NCBI GenBank assembly: GCA_034409195.1
Contig: DAOUMT010000079.1
Location: 1-58,954, forward strand
Direction of reading: 5' to 3'
Source of the DNA: Dehalococcoidia bacterium
GTDB lineage: Bacteria > Chloroflexota > Dehalococcoidia > SZUA-161
Length of the DNA: 58,954 nt
Part shown: in pieces, positions 56,124 through 58,954 of the stretch
Layout: the number at the start of each line of letters is the position of its first letter
Position numbering within the stretch: the first letter of the stretch is position 1
The notes under the pieces: model-generated
Seen by the model: the letters and a program-made list of their open reading frames with translations, nothing else
Database searches by the model: none
What the model was told of the DNA's origin: nothing
Translations under genes and position numbers: made by a program

Positions 56124-56255
56124 ATGGACTACCTGATAGCAGCTTATACTATAATCTGGGTTGTGCTCTCTATCTACATATTTACCCTTTACCGCAACCA
56201 AAGGCGATTGCGGCGGGAGATCGATTCCCTGAAGGATAAGTTGAAGGGGAGTTGA
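56124..56255 (+). CDS. ccmD: CcmD-like small membrane protein
   Basis: Not in the ORF track. My hand translation is MDYLIAAYTIIWVVLSIYIFTLYRNQRRLRREIDSLKDKLKGS (43 aa): one TM helix plus a basic tail. It starts immediately after the ccmC TAA. Confidence 0.6.
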   Translation: MDYLIAAYTIIWVVLSIYIFTLYRNQRRLRREIDSLKDKLKGS

Positions 56256-56256
56256 A

Positions 56257-57420
56257 CTAAACCTTAACGACTCTTCTCCGCAGGGCGTGATAGAGCGCCA
56301 GCCCGGCAACGAATGCTATACCAATATTGATGATGGCAATGCCTGCGGTAACCAGCAGAACATAGATGTCCTCTTTCTTCCTTCCGATATCCCACACGAT
56401 AGAAGCGAGTTCCAGTCCGGCAAAGAACAGGATAACACCCAGCACAGCTTCAGGAATCATATTGAAGAGCAGCCCTACAGATTGGCTGAAGAACAGGCCC
56501 AGCACCAGGAGAATGATGCCCAGCATCACCAGTGCACCGCCCGTTCTGGCCCCGAACCTTACATGACCGGCCATACCTCCGGCGCCGTGACAAACCGGTA
56601 TCCCCCTCAGCACCAGACTGACAATATTTATCAGCCCATGGCTTAAAGCAATTTTCTTTACTGTTATCGGTTTATTCGGGAAGAGCTCATTGTTTTCTGC
56701 CGTAGTGCCCAGAACTGCATTGCCCAGTGTCAGAGGGACTTGAGGCACTCCAAGCACAAGTGACCCAATAAGAAGATCATGCCAGCTGATCTGGCCAAAA
56801 ACCAGCTGTGGCAATTTGAAATGAACAGATACTTGCTTCAACTGACTCAACAAACCATGGTCAATAATTAACGAAGCTGCGATTCCCATACACAGCAAGA
56901 CCAGCATCGCCGGCAGCCGCTTACTTGCCAGCAGCAGGAAAGCAATAACCATGGCAATTACCGCTATCTCCCACTGATCTCTCATCATCCTCAGTCCCTC
57001 AATAACAAAGCTGAGCCCCAGGCCGAGCATAATGCCGCGCATGACCGGCTTGCCTATTATCTTGTTCAAGAGATCAGCTGCGCCGGTCAAAGCCAGTACT
57101 ATCCATGCTACAGCGGTGAAAAGGCCGGCACCCCAGATCACCCCCGGTGTCATAGTCTCGGGATTAGCGATAGCCGCAGCACCTATGGCCTTCATCGGCT
57201 GTATGGGGACTGGAGTTTTGTAATACAGACCGACGAAAATCTTAAGCAGCCCCAGGGATACAAGTATGCCTACTGGATCAAGTTTGTTGACAGCAATATA
57301 CCCGACGACGAAAGGGATCAGCGTTCCCAGGTCGCCAAACGCCCCCGCAAGCTCAGTCGCATCATAGACATTGCCACCAAAAACGGCTGTACGTATCCTG
57401 CCGAATACCTTAGCCTGCAA
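56257..57420 (-). CDS. Putative sulfate/molybdate transporter (MOT1/SulP-related)
   Basis: 387-aa polytopic ORF, TTG start. ELAGAFGDLGTLIPFVVGYI matches my recollection of the MOT1-type putative sulfate/molybdate transporter family. Confidence 0.6.
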   Translation of the reverse strand: MQAKVFGRIRTAVFGGNVYDATELAGAFGDLGTLIPFVVGYIAVNKLDPVGILVSLGLLKIFVGLYYKTPVPIQPMKAIGAAAIANPETMTPGVIWGAGLFTAVAWIVLALTGAADLLNKIIGKPVMRGIMLGLGLSFVIEGLRMMRDQWEIAVIAMVIAFLLLASKRLPAMLVLLCMGIAASLIIDHGLLSQLKQVSVHFKLPQLVFGQISWHDLLIGSLVLGVPQVPLTLGNAVLGTTAENNELFPNKPITVKKIALSHGLINIVSLVLRGIPVCHGAGGMAGHVRFGARTGGALVMLGIILLVLGLFFSQSVGLLFNMIPEAVLGVILFFAGLELASIVWDIGRKKEDIYVLLVTAGIAIINIGIAFVAGLALYHALRRRVVKV

Positions 57421-57958
57421 GTTCGTTTCCTTTGGTAAAAGTTGGGGTTATTCCATCACTTCCGCATTGCTTATTTCCGAATTGTCCTTTGCGTATAAGT
57501 ATACACTAATATAGTTATATAATGCATGAGGAGGGCTGACGTGTCAAGGCTATCAGATGAAACGTCTTATACTCTGGGCATTACAATACCCCAACCGTAC
57601 CGAAATTGACAGGCAAAAGTTTTGAAAAGGGGGAAGAGTCGCTGCCAAGCACTATTTTAGTATTTATTGGGCACGCCGTATCAACAAACTCGATTTCCAA
57701 ATGTGAAAGAATTCATGCTCCCGCGCGAGCGTTTCTCTCCAAAACAGGAAAGCCTTGCAGAATATTGCAGAGGTTTTATAATATTTAGGGAAAAACAAAA
57801 AAACTGGGGGAACAAATTATATGTTATAATAAAGTTAAACAAGGGGGAATAGGGATGCCGCCCTTATTAACCCGGTGAGATGACGTTCAGAGTGGTTAGT
57901 TACTCCGCAAGGCTAGGCCCACCGTCTGGCATTCGAGAAAGATAGATGGAGGATATCT

Positions 57959-58912
57959 GTGAGTACACCCACTGTCATGGTACTGCAAATTTTCATCATT
58001 GTGTCCTATTTATACATCGTCAGCGCTTACTCCTACAGGCTCATCAAATACATCAGAATGCCAGTCCACCTGAGATGGGAGATTTATCCGGTTCCACATG
58101 AAAAAGGGAGTAAATACGGCGGGTCCTATCTGGAAGAGCTGGAGTGGTGGAAGAAGACCAGGAAGAAAAACACCATCAAAGACATCTTCTACATAATAAA
58201 GGACTACCTCTTTTTTATACAATATTACGCTCGGAACAGAAAATACTGGTCTACATTATATCCCTGGCATGTCTCGTTCTACTTAATCGTCGCTTTCCAC
58301 GTTTTTATTGCTTTCGGCGCCCTGGGTCTGATCTTCGGTCTTAATGTATCCACTGCTGCCTCAGCGAACGCTCTGGGACAGGCCCTGTATTACATAGCTC
58401 TGGGATGCGGGATTGCCGGCTTCATAATTGGCTGTCTCGCCAGTATCGGCATGCTCGTAAGAAGGTTAACTGATGCAGACCTGAAAAAGTTTGCCAACCC
58501 CCGCCTTTATTTCAGCTATATATTTTACTTTGCGGTGTTCCTCAGCGGTCTGATAGTCTGGATAGTATTCGACCCCACTTTCGCAGACTACAGGGAGTTC
58601 TACAAGAGCGTGGCTACTTTCCACAACATAAATCTTGCCCCGGCGTTGATTGTCCATGCTGTCCTCTTTGCCCTGTTCCTGGTTTACATGACATTCACCA
58701 AGGCTTCGCATTATGTAACCAAATTTGTCATCTTCTTCGCCACACGCTGGAATGATATTCCAAACCGCAGGGGAAGCAAGATGGAGCAGAAAATTCAAGA
58801 ACGTCTCGGCCACGCTGTGAGCTGGTCAGCTCCCCATATCCAGACCGGTGAAAAATGGAGCGAGGTAGCCGTAGAATCACCATTTTCAGATAAGAAGGAA
58901 AATGCGAAATGA
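57959..58912 (+). CDS. NarI/DsrM-like membrane cytochrome b (second paralogue)
   Basis: 317 aa. The GTG start lies 6 nt after GGAGG. YRLIKYIRMPVHLRWEIYPVPHE parallels YRVVRWASSPVPFRIP of dsrM. About 5 TM helices with conserved His. Confidence 0.55.
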   Translation: MSTPTVMVLQIFIIVSYLYIVSAYSYRLIKYIRMPVHLRWEIYPVPHEKGSKYGGSYLEELEWWKKTRKKNTIKDIFYIIKDYLFFIQYYARNRKYWSTLYPWHVSFYLIVAFHVFIAFGALGLIFGLNVSTAASANALGQALYYIALGCGIAGFIIGCLASIGMLVRRLTDADLKKFANPRLYFSYIFYFAVFLSGLIVWIVFDPTFADYREFYKSVATFHNINLAPALIVHAVLFALFLVYMTFTKASHYVTKFVIFFATRWNDIPNRRGSKMEQKIQERLGHAVSWSAPHIQTGEKWSEVAVESPFSDKKENAK

Positions 58913-58954
58913 CAGAGAAAATCACGGTACAAGACCTGGGCAAGCCCTGTGAGC
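58909..58954 (+). CDS. 5' end of an unidentified gene translationally coupled (ATGA) to the DsrM-like gene
   Basis: ATG at 58909-58911 overlaps the upstream TGA. It reads MTEKITVQDLGKPCE and then the window ends. By context it could be a DsrK/HdrD-like partner, but this is unproven. Confidence 0.3.
   Translation, partial: MTEKITVQDLGKPCE

Noticed and set aside
57421-57560. Possible molybdenum-cofactor riboswitch upstream of the sulfate/molybdate-type transporter
   Set aside because: The minus-strand leader is only about 120 nt of AT-rich sequence, and I could not find the conserved GC-rich Moco-motif features. It is more likely plain promoter DNA.
1-58954. Search for tRNA/rRNA genes, CRISPR arrays, transposases, integrases, phage or defence-system genes
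   Set aside because: I found no cloverleaf-like intergenic sequences, no regularly spaced direct repeats, and no ORFs with DDE, tyrosine- or serine-recombinase, or typical defence-domain motifs. The window reads as metabolic and regulatory.

Overview
This 58,954-bp window comes from an anaerobic, dissimilatory sulfate-reducing prokaryote. I cannot assign the lineage by eye. GC is mid-range, AGGAGG-type ribosome-binding sites are strong, and many genes share 1-4 nt start/stop overlaps. All family calls rest on my reading of motifs in the ORF translations; no database search was run.

Layout, left to right:
1. 1-6002, minus strand: a beta-oxidation-like block with two crotonases, two acyl-CoA dehydrogenases and etfBA.
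2. About 850 bp of noncoding DNA, then a Crp/Fnr regulator and a TPR protein.
3. 8323-14171, minus strand: an ArsR-controlled ACR3 arsenite-efflux cluster. It carries unusual passengers: an FmdE-like protein, a TauE permease, DUF169, two tandem small paralogues, a Cys-rich protein and a 117-bp palindromic element.
4. About 14.4-56.3 kb: a near-complete sulfate-respiration supercluster.
   - A tandem DsrC-like fusion gene.
   - An RsbRD_N-like gene followed by dsrMKJOP-dsrABD-dsrN-dsrC.
   - On the opposite strand, sat-aprBA-(YkgJ-like)-qmoA-qmoB-(HdrD-like)-qmoC-tauE.
   - A NarL-type two-component system.
   - The siroheme-dependent alternative haem pathway (two NirJ-like ahbC/ahbD genes, ahbAB, sirC, hemA, hemC, cobA/hemD, hemB, hemL).
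   - ccmEFABCD.
5. Right edge: a MOT1/SulP-like anion transporter and a second DsrM-like gene.

Most notable observations:
- A ~120-nt sequence, about 80% identical by hand alignment, lies in sense orientation upstream of both the dsrMKJOP operon and the sat-apr-qmo operon. It contains a promoter-like core bracketed by a 9-bp inverted repeat.
- A single in-frame TGA sits exactly at the conserved first cysteine of the second CCG motif of an HdrD-like gene inserted between qmoB and qmoC. This is a selenocysteine candidate.
- A fused double DsrC/TusE-like protein lacks the redox-active C-terminal arm.
- A CxxCxxCC (YkgJ-like) protein lies between aprA and qmoA.

I found no tRNA, rRNA, CRISPR array, transposase or integrase.
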